A stretch of DNA of 38,202 bases from Octopus sinensis (GCF_006345805.1 NW_021832119.1:1-38202), one strand, 5' to 3'. Positions 20,781-33,530 are shown, counted from the first letter of the stretch. Notes: generated by a model not told the origin, from the sequence alone. Translations and numbers: made by a program.

Positions 20781-21884
20781 GCACCCTGGGCGAACACACG
20801 TACTCAGAGGAATACATGAACTGTACCATATATTTTGGGGGGGGGTAGAGGACGGGGCTTAGGGGAAGGCCACACTGCTAAAAAGTATGACATACACACA
20901 AGTGTACACACACATACACAAACAAGGACACAAACGCATGCATACACAAGGATACATATCTTAGAAGAACAGAATGAAGTGCAGCATGAACACACACGAA
21001 AAGGAAAAGTGTCACTGAAGAGGTCACAGATGTGTGATGAAAGATTTCCGAAAAATGGACAGGAGTTGAAATGATAAAATTAGAACTTTAATAAACGTGT
21101 GAAAATATATATAATATGTAGTACGTGTGTTTATTCGGGAAGAGAAAATGACCATCCCGAAATACAATATATATATATACACATATACACATATATATAC
21201 ATTTATACACACACATATATACCCATATATATATATATATATATGAGTGTGTGTGTGTGTGTATATACCTGCATGGTTACAATGCAGGCAAACATTGAAA
21301 AAAGAACTCGCAACGACTACTTTGTATTTACCAAACTTATTACTTTATCCTTAACATTCCTTCTTTATTTATCACGTACATTTCTTTCTCCTCCTCTTCT
21401 TACTTCCCTCTTTCGCCTCCTCTTCTCCTTCCCGAACACGCATCGAAAAACTCTTTTACAGTTCATATTTATTTCTTCTACCTATTATTTATTTACCATC
21501 GACATAATTTACCGATGTTGTTGCTCTCTTTTATTTATATCACATTATATCACAATTTCAATGCTACCTTCCAGCTCATTGAAGTCTTCAGCAAACAATT
21601 ATGAGATAAGGACAAAACAGAACAGGAGGAGACACGTGGGATGGAGAGTCACTGAAGAGGTCACAAGCGTAGGAGATAATCTTTTCTGAAAACAAACTGG
21701 TAATATGTCGTTATAGGAACACTAGTGTTTAGGTAGAATATTGATTGATTGTTCACAATTCTGGTTTTAATACTCTTTTGTCAGACTTCTTATTCCAAGC
21801 TTTATAATACACAAGTGTTCCTTTGCATCGTACTTGTTCTATAAACCTGATATTTTGTATCTCAGGAGAATCAATATGCCAATA

Positions 21885-22120
21885 CTAAACCCATGCACTG
21901 GTGTGTATCTTCTATCTTTCACTTGTTTTACTCACTGGACTCCGGCTATGCTGGTACACCGCCCTGAAGGGGTTTTGTACTCAAAAGAATCGACCCTAGT
22001 ACTTATATATTTTTTAACTGGGTACTTATTATATCGGCCTCTTTTGCTCAAACGATACACTGCGGGATGTAAACACACCACCGGTTATCAAGCAGTGGTG
22101 AAGGGGGGCAAGCACAAACA
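21885..22120 (-). mobile_element. SINE family B tail module, diverged
   Basis: TCTTTCACTTGTTT..CCGGCTATGCTGGTACACCGCC..GTAAACACACCACCGGTTATCAAGC. Confidence 0.7.
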
Positions 22121-22154
22121 TACATTGTTGTATACATATATATATACACCTACA

Positions 22155-22756
22155 TTGTCCATTTATCGAATGTTCTTCCTAGATGTAAGACACATTTTTC
22201 ATATTTGTTGCACACACACACACGTCTTTGCTAGTAAATACGCAGTGAAGCTATACAATAACGTCGAATTTGTATCGATTGTTATTTTCCAGTAAATATT
22301 AGTGCCTTGTTGTACTATTCATCTGTTTTTATATGTATATTTCTACCCTTATGAGGCTTTATTTTACTGGAAAGTAATACATTTGCATTGCAATATTTTT
22401 CATTGAAAACGGTTTCACTGTTCTCGTTCTGTTAACGGCTAGGCGTTCAGGCGAGTATACTGGCATTGATGTGGCAGCATTTGAAATATTGTCTAGGTAA
22501 ATGCAGCTGATGAAGACTGATCAAATTTACGTTGTCAAACGTATTTGAAAAGTCAGAAACCGGTCCCACATTATCCGATTCTGGGTTGTCCATTTAGAAT
22601 GTTCTTCTTACAGGTAAGACAAATTTTTCATGTTTGTTGCACGCATACACGTATTTGCGAGTATAATATACGCAGTGAAGCTTTACAATAGCGTCGTGTT
22701 TGTATCGAATGCTATTTTCCAGTAAATATTGGTGCCTTGTTATACCAGTCATCTGT
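22155..22756 (+). mobile_element. Penelope-like relic: ~170-bp direct repeats with a hammerhead-like motif before the second copy
   Basis: Repeats at 22155-22326 and 22586-22756; motif at 22499-22572. Confidence 0.5.
22499..22572 (+). ncRNA. Degenerate minimal type-I hammerhead-like motif
   Basis: AATGCAG-CTGATGA-A-GACT-[TCAAA/TTTGA and TACGTT/AACGTA hairpin]-AGTC-A-GAAAC-CG-GTC-CCACATT; core triplet GUC; palindromic CCGG in helix III. Confidence 0.55.
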
Positions 22757-22779
22757 ATCTATATGTATATATATACACA

Positions 22780-23183
22780 TAGGTGCAGAAGTGGCTGTGT
22801 GGTAAGGAGCTTGCTTACCAACCACAGGGTTCCGAGTTCGGTCCCACTGCGTAACATCGTGTGTGTCTTCTACTATAGCCTTGGGCCGTGCAAAGCCTTG
22901 TGAGTCGATTTGGTGTGTTTGTGTGTGTGTGTGTGCGCGCGCGTGTTTGTGTACGTATGTGTGTATATATTTGTGTGTCTGTGTTTGTCACCCACCATCG
23001 CTTGACAACCGATGGTTGTGTGTTTACGTCCCCGTAACTTGGCGGTTCTGCAAAATAGATCGATAAAATAAGTACTAGGTTTACAAAGAATAAGTCCTGA
23101 AGTCGATTTGCTCGACTAAAGGTGGTGCTCCAGCATGGCCACAGTCACATGACTGAAACAAGTAAATGAGTAAAAGAGTAAAA
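22780..23183 (+). mobile_element. SINE family B, full length
   Basis: Head, core, (TG)n linker, tail ending AAAAGAGTAAAAGAG. Confidence 0.9.
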
Positions 23184-23194
23184 GAGTTCACTTC

Positions 23195-23652
23195 TCATCC
23201 TGTGGATTGTTTAACTCTGCTGGACCCAATTCAACGCCGTATTTGTAATGCTATTGGTCCCGATTTATCTTCTATTTATCATCATCATGTGGCTTCCTTG
23301 TCTCTTTTCTATAAGTATTTTCATGGACATTGTTTAGCTGAGCTCCCTTCTCTGGTTCTTCCTTAAAGAACTTATCAGCGATCAACTAGAATTGCAGCCA
23401 GTTCTCATCAATATACAGCGCAACCTCCTAAGTGTTGTAAAGCAATTTACAGTACCAGTTTCTTCCCTCGCACCTCTGAACTTTGGAATTCCCTCCCACA
23501 GTCTTGTTTACTTCTTCAATATGACCCCCAGTCTTTTAAGTCTAATGTACATCGTCACCTGTTCACTTCTATCAGGCATCCATTTTATTTTAGTAGCTCT
23601 TATGTTTTCAGTGGTCTAAGGACCTTGTAACGAGCGAATACTTAAAAAAAAA
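23195..23652 (+). mobile_element. 3' fragment of a CR1/L2-group LINE with poly(A)
   Basis: IQRRICNAIG..HHVASLSLFYKYFHGHC..RSTR..SHQYT..STSFFPRTSELWNSLP..QSFKSNVHRHL; one internal stop; A-run at ~23644. Confidence 0.8.
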
Positions 23653-23679
23653 TATTTTCTTCATTTCCCTCTGTCTTTC

Positions 23680-23898
23680 ATCTTTCATATTTTACTTCAG
23701 TCCTTATACTGCAGCCATGCAGGGGCATCACCTTGAAATATTTAATTCGAATGAATCAACACCCAGTACTCTTTTTTTTTTTTTAATTCTGGTACTAATT
23801 GTATCCCTTTCTTTTGCCGAACCGTTAAGTTACAGGAATGCAAACACATCAACTCCGGTTGTCAAGCAGTACGATTGTGGAGATGGGGGCAAACGCAG

Positions 23899-23905
<7 letters not shown>
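23680..23905 (-). mobile_element. SINE family B tail module, diverged
   Basis: CAGCCATGCAGGGGCATCACC..TTTTGCCGAACCGTTAAGTTAC..GGTTGTCAAGC. Confidence 0.7.
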
Positions 23906-23935
<30 letters not shown>

Positions 23936-23974
23936 AAATCAATTTTTTTTTAAAAAATATTAATAAAGAAAAAT

Positions 23975-24142
23975 TTTGTCTTTATTTTCTGAGTTCAAAT
24001 TCCCGCCGAGATTGACTTTACCTTTCATCCTTTGGGGACGATAAATTAAGTACCAGTTGCGTGCTGGGATCGATCTAATCCACTGACCCCCCCCCCTCTC
24101 TCTCACCCAAAATTTCGGGCCTTGTGCCTAGAGTAGAAAAGA
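23975..24142 (+). mobile_element. SINE family A, 5'-truncated short-tail copy
   Basis: GAGTTCAAATTCCCGCCGAG...CCTAGAGTAGAAAAG. Confidence 0.85.
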
Positions 24143-24767
24143 GTATAAATAAAGAAATGTTGCCAGACTTTTACTTTCATGATTAAAACTTTAGCTAATC
24201 AGAAGCATCCACATATTTGGGCAGTGATCTATAATAATGGTGAGAATCCACATCTTATGCCAATGAAGTCAATCTACTGGACGGAAAATGATTATGGAGA
24301 ACTTATGAAATTATAGCTATTGTGGGTGCGCGCGTATGTGTATGTGTGTGTGCGTGTGTGTGTGTATGTGTGTATGATACAGCAAAGCAAGGTGATAGGC
24401 TGTGTTCAAACTTTCCTTAAGGCTCACTAAGCGTTTTATCATCCCAGGGTCAGCTATATATTACTTACCTGCAATATATATAACTCAGCTAAATCTTTTG
24501 AGTATTTATTCTCTAGTTTTAAATTCAAGCACGTGTAATAGTGTATGTGTGTGTGTATGTATGTTTGTGTGTGTGGTGTGTGTATGTGTGATGTGTGTGT
24601 GTGTGTGTGGATGCACACGTGCATATATGTATGTACACATGCACAAACATACACACACAAACACATACACACACACTTGTTCATACAAACCTGTACATAT
24701 CAATAAAACACAGATATCGATCTTTTGATAAGATTTCTAATGCAGACTTCGGAATGTCTATCGGCAT

Positions 24768-24872
24768 TCAACTTCGATTTCCACAAGCAATTTCCTGGTA
24801 ATCGATCAAGGCTGTTTTAACAGATTTTCCTTTCTTTAGCTGTTCTGTAATAGTGTTGTCGTCTTGTCTGAT
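24768..24872 (-). CDS. Candidate coding exon IRQDDNTITEQLKKGKSVKTALIDYQEIACGNRS*; frame reopens after the TGA to a donor at 24691
   Basis: Acceptor tatatttcgtcttacag| in phase 0, matching the phase-0 donor at 25655; other two frames close earlier. Confidence 0.4.
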   Translation of the reverse strand: MRQDDNTITEQLKKGKSVKTALIDYQEIACGNRS

Positions 24873-25020
24873 CTGTAAGACGAAATATAGTCGCTTAGTA
24901 GTCAGCTAATAATGTAAGCATGTATAGTTAATTAAATTACACAATATATTGCCCCAAACGTATGTGTGTGCATATATTCATGATGTATTTTATTAAATTT
25001 ATTATATACGTGTATATATA

Positions 25021-25555
25021 CATATAGATATATGTATATACATCAGCATATATATGTGTGTACGTATAACTATATACATGTGTATAAATTTGTTTGTGTG
25101 TAATATATATAGGTATATGTGTGTGTGTGTGTAGTACAAAAGTGACGGAAAATACAAAACAAAAAAACAATAAATATCAGGTAATAGAGAAAAAAGATGG
25201 CAATGTCTTTAACGTCTCGTGTATTCACTTTTCTTCTAAAAAAACAGAATATAGAGACGGAGAGAAATTTATTATATATATATATGTATATATACATATA
25301 GATTTATGTATATACATCAGCATATATATGTGTGTACGTATAACTATATACATGTGTATATATTTGTTTGTGTGTAATACATATAGGTATATATGTGTGT
25401 GCATGTGCGTGAGTGTAGTACAAAAGTGACGGAAAATACAAAACAAAAACTAGCTAATAAATATTATGAGGAAATGGAGAAAAAGATGGCAATGTCTTTA
25501 ACGTTTCGTATATTCATTTTTCATCTAAAAAACAGAATATAGAGATGGAGAGAAA
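25021..25555 (+). repeat. Tandem duplication, ~275-bp period
   Basis: CATATAGA..TACATCAGC..GTAGTACAAAAGTGACGGAAAATAC..AAAAACAGAATATAGAGA.GGAGAGAAA at 25021-25268 and 25297-25555. Confidence 0.9.
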
Positions 25556-25654
25556 AGAACGGAGAACCAACATTGGAGAAACAGAAACGCATGTGTATCC
25601 AATCATCACGGCTTGTATGTACGTACTAATGCATGTAGGTATGTATATCCATAC

Positions 25655-25836
25655 CTTGGTTTCAAACAAGTACTCAAAAATTTGGTCATAACAATGTTCA
25701 ACGGACTCAGAGAAAGCAAAATTTTCATACTGTGCCGGCAAACCGACATTAGCTCTGACTTCCAGTTCATTATAAGTACAGGTAAACATAATTTGTACCT
25801 TCTTGATCCATCGCTGTATGAGTGGTATCCACCCAA
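25655..25836 (-). CDS. Candidate internal coding exon, unknown protein (GWIPLIQRWIKKVQIMFTCTYNELEVRANVGLPAQYENFAFSESVEHCYDQIFEYLFETK)
   Basis: 60 open codons in unique sequence; donor AAG|gtatgg; in-frame stop just upstream of the acceptor; alternative acceptor at 25813 (phase 0). Confidence 0.5.
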
Positions 25837-26444
25837 CTGTCCGTGTGAATTTTCATGCATGTATGTATGTATGCATGGATGAACGTGTGTATGCACGTAT
25901 GTATGCACATGTGTGCGTGTGTCTGCGCATTCATAATGTTCATACATAAACATATATTTAATTTTACTTATTGTTTTTTACATTTATGCATTATCTCCTT
26001 TCATTCCTTAATTCATATGGTTTCTGTTTTTTCTTTTCATTTCCATTTTTTGTTGTCAGTAGGTAAACACTCGTTGGAGACTCTGAAATATTTGATAGTA
26101 AATGCTAATAAACCTCTAAACAGCAAAGGAATCTCTCCGGCGGTGTTGGACCTCCTAGAAATAACAGCAGACGAACATCTACTGCAAATCAACCCCGCTA
26201 CATATTTTGCGATACAGTCAGTCCTATGCACCCTCACCCCACCCCACACTCACCAAAAATGATGAATCGGTAATGGCTGGAATGCTTTATTTAGAACTCA
26301 GCTTATTCAACATTGACATAGAGGGAGTTATAAAACAGCACCATCCAAACAACCCACAACAACAAAAAAATAACTTCCCAGCTACTATCATCACAAAATT
26401 CACAGCTGCTACTAAAACAAATTCTAATTTATATTATATATTTC

Positions 26445-26905
26445 TTTACTACCCACAAGGGGCTAAACACAGATGGGACAAACAAGGACAGACAAAGGGA
26501 TTAAGTCGATTACATCGACCCCAGTGCGTAACTGGTACTTAATTTATCTACCCCGAAAGGATGAAAGGCAAAGTCGACCTCGGCGGAATTTGAACTCGGA
26601 ACGTAACGACAGACGAAATACTGCTACGAATTTCGCCCGGCGTGCTAACGTTTCTACCAGCTCGCCGCCCTAATTTATATTATAATGGTTTCGAATTTTG
26701 CCACAAGGCCAACAAATTCGGGGTAGTTGGTTAAGTCGATTACATCGACCTTATTGGTCAACTGGTACTCATTTATTCGGCCTCGAAGGGATGAAAAGCA
26801 AAGACAAGCTCAGCGGAATTTGAACGCAGAACGTAAAGACCGACGAAACACTGCTAAGCATTGTTTTGCCCAATGTGTTAACGATTCTGCCACTTCACCG
26901 CCTTA
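26445..26905 (-). mobile_element. Two SINE family A copies (long-tail 26445-26670; diverged short-tail 26690-26905)
   Basis: Near-consensus match to 2270-2500. Confidence 0.9.
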
Positions 26906-27388
26906 ATTTACCTTATAATGCTATATTAACAATTCTATATTAAGAGTTCTCATTTATGTAATTTATTAACGTTGGATTCTCTCCTCAGCTGTTTGATTTG
27001 CACAAAATAGTGACAAAATTGTCCACAAATAACATACTACTATCTTGACAAATATGGAGAGAGAACATGCAAGACGATAACGGAGTCTTACGATTTTACC
27101 AAGAGAAATTTACATCAGGAGCGGAGAATCATTTCAGCATTGGTGTAATGCTAAAATTGTAAGTCAGTCTGTAGGGGTATGCATTCCAAGCATGAAATAT
27201 AACGAAGAGTAAGTTTACAAATTCGTAAGTATACAATTTATATTAAATTAATGTTTTGGTCTTATTGTGTTAAACGGCATTTTTCATTCTTTTCGTGGAA
27301 GGAGAGAGTTATGCGTAGTCTTTTAGACTTCGTCAGTGAGCGGTTTGAAATTTGAGTGCCCACCACCCACACCAGCATTGCTCTACAT

Positions 27389-27931
27389 CAGTGGTTCTCA
27401 ACCAGGGTCCATATGGCATCTGAGGGTCCATATAAGATTTAGAGAAAATTGGGGATCCACAATAGTATTTCAAGGGTTCCTGAAAAAATTTTGCTTCAGA
27501 TGTATATATTGGTATGTATTGCAAGAAACAGTTAAGCTTCTTTCTATAATATTATACATAGTTCAACCTACACAAGTTAATGTGTGAAAAGCAAAATAGG
27601 AATTTTGAAAGAAGTTTCTATAAAACTGTTTTTGAACATCGATTGACTAGGGGGGTCCGTCCACCAGAATAAAATAGTAATCAAAGGGGTTCATAGGTGC
27701 TCTCACATACAACAATGTTTAAAACTGCATCACAAAAACTAGATTTCTTTCTCTAGCATTTTACGTAGTTCAACCTACACAAGTTAATGTGTGAAAAGCA
27801 AAATAGGAATTTTGAAAGAAGTTTCTATAAAATTAGTTTTTAAGCATTGAATGACTAGGGTGGGGGGAGGTCCATCAGAATAAAATAGTAATCAAAGGGT
27901 CTACAGTTTTAAAAATGGTTAAGAAACCCTG
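27389..27931. mobile_element. hAT (Charlie-like) MITE with 8-bp TSD and internal duplication
   Basis: TIRs CAGTGGTTCTCAACC / CAGGGTTTCTTAACC; flanks CTCTACAT (27381-27388) and CTGTACAT (27932-27939); ~135-bp segment repeated at ~27559 and ~27766. Confidence 0.85.
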
Positions 27932-27934
27932 CTG

Positions 27935-28115
27935 TACATGATTGAACGGCCTACTAGAAATATCAGCCATATCCTCTTCATATCACACGGTAAAAAAAAA
28001 AAAGGAAAAGCATATTTGATATGTAATATTAGATAAACTTTTGTCTGAAGAGAAAAAAGACGGGTTGGCCACGGATTGAATGTCCTTGATTATTGGTTTG
28101 CTGGATCAGAGGCTG
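27935..28115 (+). repeat. Dispersed repeat family E
   Basis: CCTACTAGAAATATCAGCC..AAAAGACGGGTTGGCCACGG..; similar to 240-340 and 30150-30390(-). Confidence 0.55.
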
Positions 28116-28442
28116 ATCTTGGAGGGATAAACGAGAAATGAGAGTTTCGAGAGTAACTTTCTTGAAAAAAAAAAAAAGCCTCAAAGGACAGGATGCCGTT
28201 GATCGTTTGACCTGATCAACCAAGGGGATCCAAGAGGAATACTCAAGCCGTGACTATCTCGGCTTTCCCATGTAGAGAGAACCGAAGAACACATTAGCTA
28301 GTGAGTCCTTTGTTAAAAACTGTGGCGGAGTGATACGAGAAAGATTTTTAGCAAGTCGCACGACTACGTTCAGGTTCCCTCAAGGCAAGGATTTTGAAGA
28401 TAGGATAATATTAAAGAACAATACGCTCATACCCTTGTTGTT

Positions 28443-28486
<44 letters not shown>

Positions 28487-28844
28487 TGTTGTTGTTGTGT
28501 TTGTTGTTGTTGTTGTTCAAACACTAGTTAACCTTGATTGCATAAAACTGATAAAAAGCACTCTAGGTTATATGACCATCACATGTTAAGATGCATTGAT
28601 GCCGATGCAATGCTAAAAGGTAGAGGAGGGCGGGTAAAAATGTGCTCACTATTAATACTAATGATATAAATACCACGTACCACCGATTTCAGCAGAGATT
28701 GGGTACCACGGTGTCATTGCTAACATACACTGTACCAAATTCTACCTTGGTCTAACCTACTCCACAGTACCAACCATTAAGTCACCATTGCACATTGTTG
28801 TTGTTGTTGTTGCTATATAATTGTTGTGTAGCTCCAAGCTAGAA

Positions 28845-29245
28845 AAGCACGTGGCGTAGTGGTTAGAACGTCGGGCTCACAATCATGTGGTAGTGAGTTC
28901 GATTCCCGGACTGGGCTGTGTGTTATGCTCTTGAGCAAGACACCTTATTTTACGTTGCTCCAGTTCACTCAACTTAGAAATGAGTTGCGACGTCACTGGT
29001 GCCAGGCTGTATTGGCCTTTGCCTTTCCTTTGGATAGTAACATCATTGGTGTGGAGAGGAGAAGCTGGTATGCATGGCCGACTGCTGGTCTTCCAAAAAA
29101 AAAAAAAAACCTTGCCCGGACTTGTGTCACGGATGGTAACTTTCTAGGTGCAACTCCATTGTCATTACCCTAGCTCTGAGTTAGCCATAATTGAACGGAC
29201 TTGTGATTAAGGCATTCCAGTCACAACCATTTCATCTTTATATGC
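28845..29245 (+). mobile_element. tRNA-derived SINE family C with long tail
   Basis: GTGGCGTAGTGGTTAG..GAGTTCGATTCC..CTTGAGCAAGACACC..GTTGCTCCAGTTCACTCAAC. Confidence 0.8.
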
Positions 29246-29248
29246 ATG

Positions 29249-29279
<31 letters not shown>

Positions 29280-29525
29280 GATTCCCAGACCGGGCGTTGT
29301 GAGTGTTTATTGAGCGAAAAAAGTTCCACGAGGCTTCGGCAGGGGTGGGGGGCGATCCCTGCCGTACTCTTTTGCCACAAATTTCTCTCACACTTTCTTC
29401 TGTTGGCCTGCTCGCTTAGCCAGAGGGGTGGCGTCATTTGAAAGCTAAAACAATGCGAAGCGCATTGTGACCAGCGATGTGTAGCAAAATCTGATAGCCT
29501 GGTCGGTCACGGTGATCACGGTGAT
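29280..29525 (+). mobile_element. SINE family D, 5'-truncated
   Basis: GATTCCCAGACCGGGCGTTGTGAGTGTTTATTGAGCGAAAA..GTACTCTTTTGCCAC. Confidence 0.75.
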
Positions 29526-29568
29526 ATATATGTATATACATACATACATACATACATACATACATACA

Positions 29569-29603
<35 letters not shown>

Positions 29604-29858
29604 TTTATAGTCGAAAGCGTCTTTCGTTTTTTTTAAGATGCTAAATTTTCAAATTTGAGGGACATATAGTTTCTATTTCCAACAGCTTCAGCTACTACTA
29701 CTGTGTTTCTGCTCACCATCCTTCAACAAGTTAATGTGATTTAGATCGATTAGTTTCTAGATTTTGCTTTCACATAACAATGAGGCAATATAAAACAAAT
29801 GTGTGCGTCTAAATGTATATGTATATATATAATAATATATATATATATATAATATATA

Positions 29859-29906
<48 letters not shown>

Positions 29907-30149
29907 CACCAGTAGAAAACGCTTCCTTTGACACTACGGAAGACAGTGTCAAACACAAGTCATATAATAAATAAACAAACACGCAACGACCGGAAACGGA
30001 TATGCTTTTAGAAGGGGAAAAGAAAGATAGAAGAAAAGAAACAAAAATGAAAGAAAGAAAGTTAAAATACCAAAATAAAAAACAAAAAAATGAAGCAAGA
30101 AAGAAAAAAAATAAAAGAAAATTATAAACGTAAGACTGTTAAGCAGTAA

Positions 30150-30390
30150 TGGCCGCTGCCTGAATGCTATATAAACCGTCTGGACTGTTATTGTTTTGCT
30201 CCAGCACAGCTCTGATAGAGTAGAACTATGATAAAAGGCTTTCCAGCCGTGATCATCGTCTTTTTATCAAACAATATGTGTACCTAGGATGACATTAATC
30301 AATGTGTCCTTCCTTTTTTATTAAGACGAGTATGGTCTGAGGGTTAATAGTTTTTTTATTTTCTAGCAGGTCAAACGACCGCATGGGATA
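30150..30390 (-). repeat. Dispersed repeat family E
   Basis: Reverse-complement similarity to 27935-28115. Confidence 0.55.
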
Positions 30391-30789
30391 TCGTTCCTGT
30401 TTTGCTATAGTTTTTATAATTATATACTTAATTGAGTAAACCTTTTTAATCAAAGCAGTTCCGTTTGTGATTATCGCATTTATTTAATCCGACGTTGCTT
30501 AAATATATAGGGAAAAATATCTAATATCTTCAGAATTTTAAGACGTGAAAGGGTATGATTTAAAGGAGTTTTGGCTGCTATTTTTAGCAGATCAATCGGG
30601 ATATATAGAGTCTCCCAATATTATCCAATGAGTCTCTTATACGGCAGATCGACTAGTTAGAAATAGCTGCAAAATACTCCGAAAAAAATCTTTCTGCTTT
30701 AAATAGATATAAGAAAGATACGGTATACAGACATGCAAAAACACACACACACGAATATGCTCATATACAAACACACATATATGGGTATG

Positions 30790-30821
<32 letters not shown>

Positions 30822-31002
30822 TGTATGTTATATATATATTATGTATGTATATATATATATATCATATATATATAATATATATTATATATTATATATTATA
30901 TATGGTGCTATTAAGTTAGACATGGCCTGGGCCATAATGGCCGAAACCTATCAAAGTATCAAAGTATGTATATATATATATATATATATATATAAATACA
31001 TA

Positions 31003-31042
<40 letters not shown>

Positions 31043-31064
31043 TATATATATATTATATATATAT

Positions 31065-31119
<55 letters not shown>

Positions 31120-31658
31120 GCACGTATTTATATATTCATATATATATATATGTATTATACACACACACACATATGTGGGTATGTATATACACAGATTCAG
31201 GCACGCACAGGCACACACCTTTTGACATACATACAAGTACATCTTAAAATTTACGCATGAAGAATTTATTTGTGAATAGAAGAAAGTATATATTTATCAG
31301 GTTAGATACACTATATATACACTTATATATACAAAGGTGTGTGTGTGTGTGCGTGCAAATTAACATATTATGTACTCATTTATATTATAAGAACAAATAT
31401 GAAATGATATAAATATATATATTAATTGATCAATTAAGGGTTGTTAGTTGAGAATAGATGTTTAATACATTAGTTGATTGCAGTTTCATAATCCATATTA
31501 GTTATGTAATCGACGTTCCATCATCAGACACACATAAAATGCATTCGCACACACACACACACGCACGCACACACACACACACCACACACACACAACACAC
31601 ACACGCACACATATATATATAATATAAACATACATATTTATATATATATTTAGGTATA

Positions 31659-32084
31659 TACTCTCTTTTACTCTCTTTTACTTGTTTCAGTCATTTGACT
31701 GCGGCCATGCTGGAGCACCGCCTTTAGACGAACAAATCGACCCCGGGACTTATTCTTTGTAAGCCCAGTACTTATTCTATCGGTCTCTTTTTGCCGAACC
31801 GCTAAGTGACGAGGACGTAAACACACCAGCATCGGTTGTCAAGCAATACTAGAGGGACAAACACAGACACGCAAACATACACACACACACACACATATAT
31901 ATATATACATACATATATACGACAGGCTTCTTTCAGTTTCCGTCTACCAAATCCACTCACAAGGCATTGGTCGACCCGGGGCTATAGCAGAAGACACTTG
32001 CCCAAAATGCCACGCAGTGGGACTGAACCCGGAACCATGTGGTTGGTTAGCAAGCTACTTACCACACAATCACTCCTGCGCCTA
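31659..32084 (-). mobile_element. SINE family B, full length, near consensus
   Basis: Complete head, core, microsatellite linker and tail on the minus strand. Confidence 0.9.
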
Positions 32085-32479
32085 TATACACCATATTAAT
32101 ATTATATCACACTATATTGTGTCAAAATAGGCTCACAAATAGGTTTTGAAGAATCACAACAGCTATTTTAGAATCATTATGTCGATTACATCATGTAGAA
32201 TATCCGTTTTCATCAGGTGAGATTAAATTTAGGTAGCAGAAGATTCTGAGCGACTTGGAACAGCTGTTGGAAATCATTGAAACACATTTACTTTCTTATT
32301 TTATACAAACGCCATACCTACAACCATCTATCTCTATGTTGGATCTATAACACGCATTGGATCGTGAACCTGTGTGTGTGCGAGCGCGTGATTGTGTGTG
32401 TGTGTGCGCGTGCGTATGTGTGTGTGTGTGTGGTCGTATATATGCGTACTTTGTGCTTTATATATTCGGCATGTTCTTC

Positions 32480-32850
32480 TCATTGGCCACACGGATCTTG
32501 CATCCTCATTTCCTCAACCTCTTTCTTTGTCCGTCTAATGACACCTGCACCGTATCCCATTAAGGAAACAACCCCTGTGTCCGTTGCCCTGATCTTGTTC
32601 TTTCCATTGAGTCTACTCCCCATAATTAATTTGGGTCTTCCGAGATAGTCTCTTCTAAAGGTTTTCTTCGCCTCCTTCTAGATTTTGTCATACTCCAAGA
32701 AACCCAGATACTTATATCCATCAGTTTCAACATCCTTGATTCTCTCACCGTTAGGTAGTTCTACACCATTAGATGGTGTTACTTTCTACACTTTTCAAGG
32801 TGTACTCTGATGTCACTGTCTGCAGAATCTGTGTGAGGGTATCATACAAA
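32480..32850 (-). mobile_element. Decayed R4/Dong-clade RT C-terminal fragment
   Basis: GVELPNGERIKDVETDGYKYLGFLEYDKI..SRLNGKNKIRA..GYGAGVIRRTKKEVEEM. Confidence 0.8.
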
Positions 32851-32887
32851 TCACAAACAGCAATGGTGATAGGCTATTATTTCCCGA

Positions 32888-33163
32888 TGGCGAGCCGGCA
32901 GAATCGTTAGCACGTCGGACGACAAGCTTAGCGGTATTTCGTCTGCCGCTACGTTCTGAGTTCAAATTCCGCCGAGGTCGACTTTGCCTTTAATCCTTTT
33001 CGGGTCGATGAAATAAGTACCAGTTATGCACTGGGGTCTATGTAATCGACTGGTCTCCTCTCCCAAATTGCCAGGTCTTGTGCCTTCAGGTGAAAGGATT
33101 ATTATTATTATTGTTGTTGATATTGTTGTTGTTGTTGTTGTCGTCGTCGTCGTCATTATTATT

Positions 33164-33207
<44 letters not shown>

Positions 33208-33530
33208 ATTATTATTATTATTATTATTATTATCGACAAGCTGGCAGAATCGTTAGCACGCCGGGCAAAATACTTAGCGGCATTTCGTCCGCCTTTATGA
33301 TCTAAGTTCAAATTCCGCCGAGATCGATTTTGCTTGTCATCATTTCGGGGTCGATAAATAAAGTACCAGTGTTTCACTGGCATCAATGTAATTGATTAGT
33401 CGCCTCCCCGCAAATTTCAGGACTTATGCCTTCGCTAGAAAAGATTATTATTATTATTACTATTATTATTATTATTATTATATTATTATTATTATTATCA
33501 TCATTATTATTATCATCATTATTATTATCA

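Noticed and set aside
20464-20797. Poly-E/poly-K and poly-S/poly-P ORFs
   Set aside because: Derived from a compound trinucleotide microsatellite.
21008-21666. 18-bp match GTCACTGAAGAGGTCACA at ~21009 and ~21648
   Set aside because: Flanks align poorly; too short to define a repeat or element.
21099-21689. Longest ORF (196 aa)
   Set aside because: Low-complexity and pyrimidine-rich, spans a TA/TG microsatellite, no domain.
25671-27160. Competing plus-strand exon set (25671-25782, 26060-26216, 26989-27157)
   Set aside because: Individual splice sites look good, but 26989-27157 has stops in all frames from its acceptor and the first overlaps the stronger minus-strand candidate. RNA data are needed.
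29938-29965. 9-bp hairpin TTTGACACT/AGTGTCAAA
   Set aside because: Isolated; expected by chance in 38 kb.
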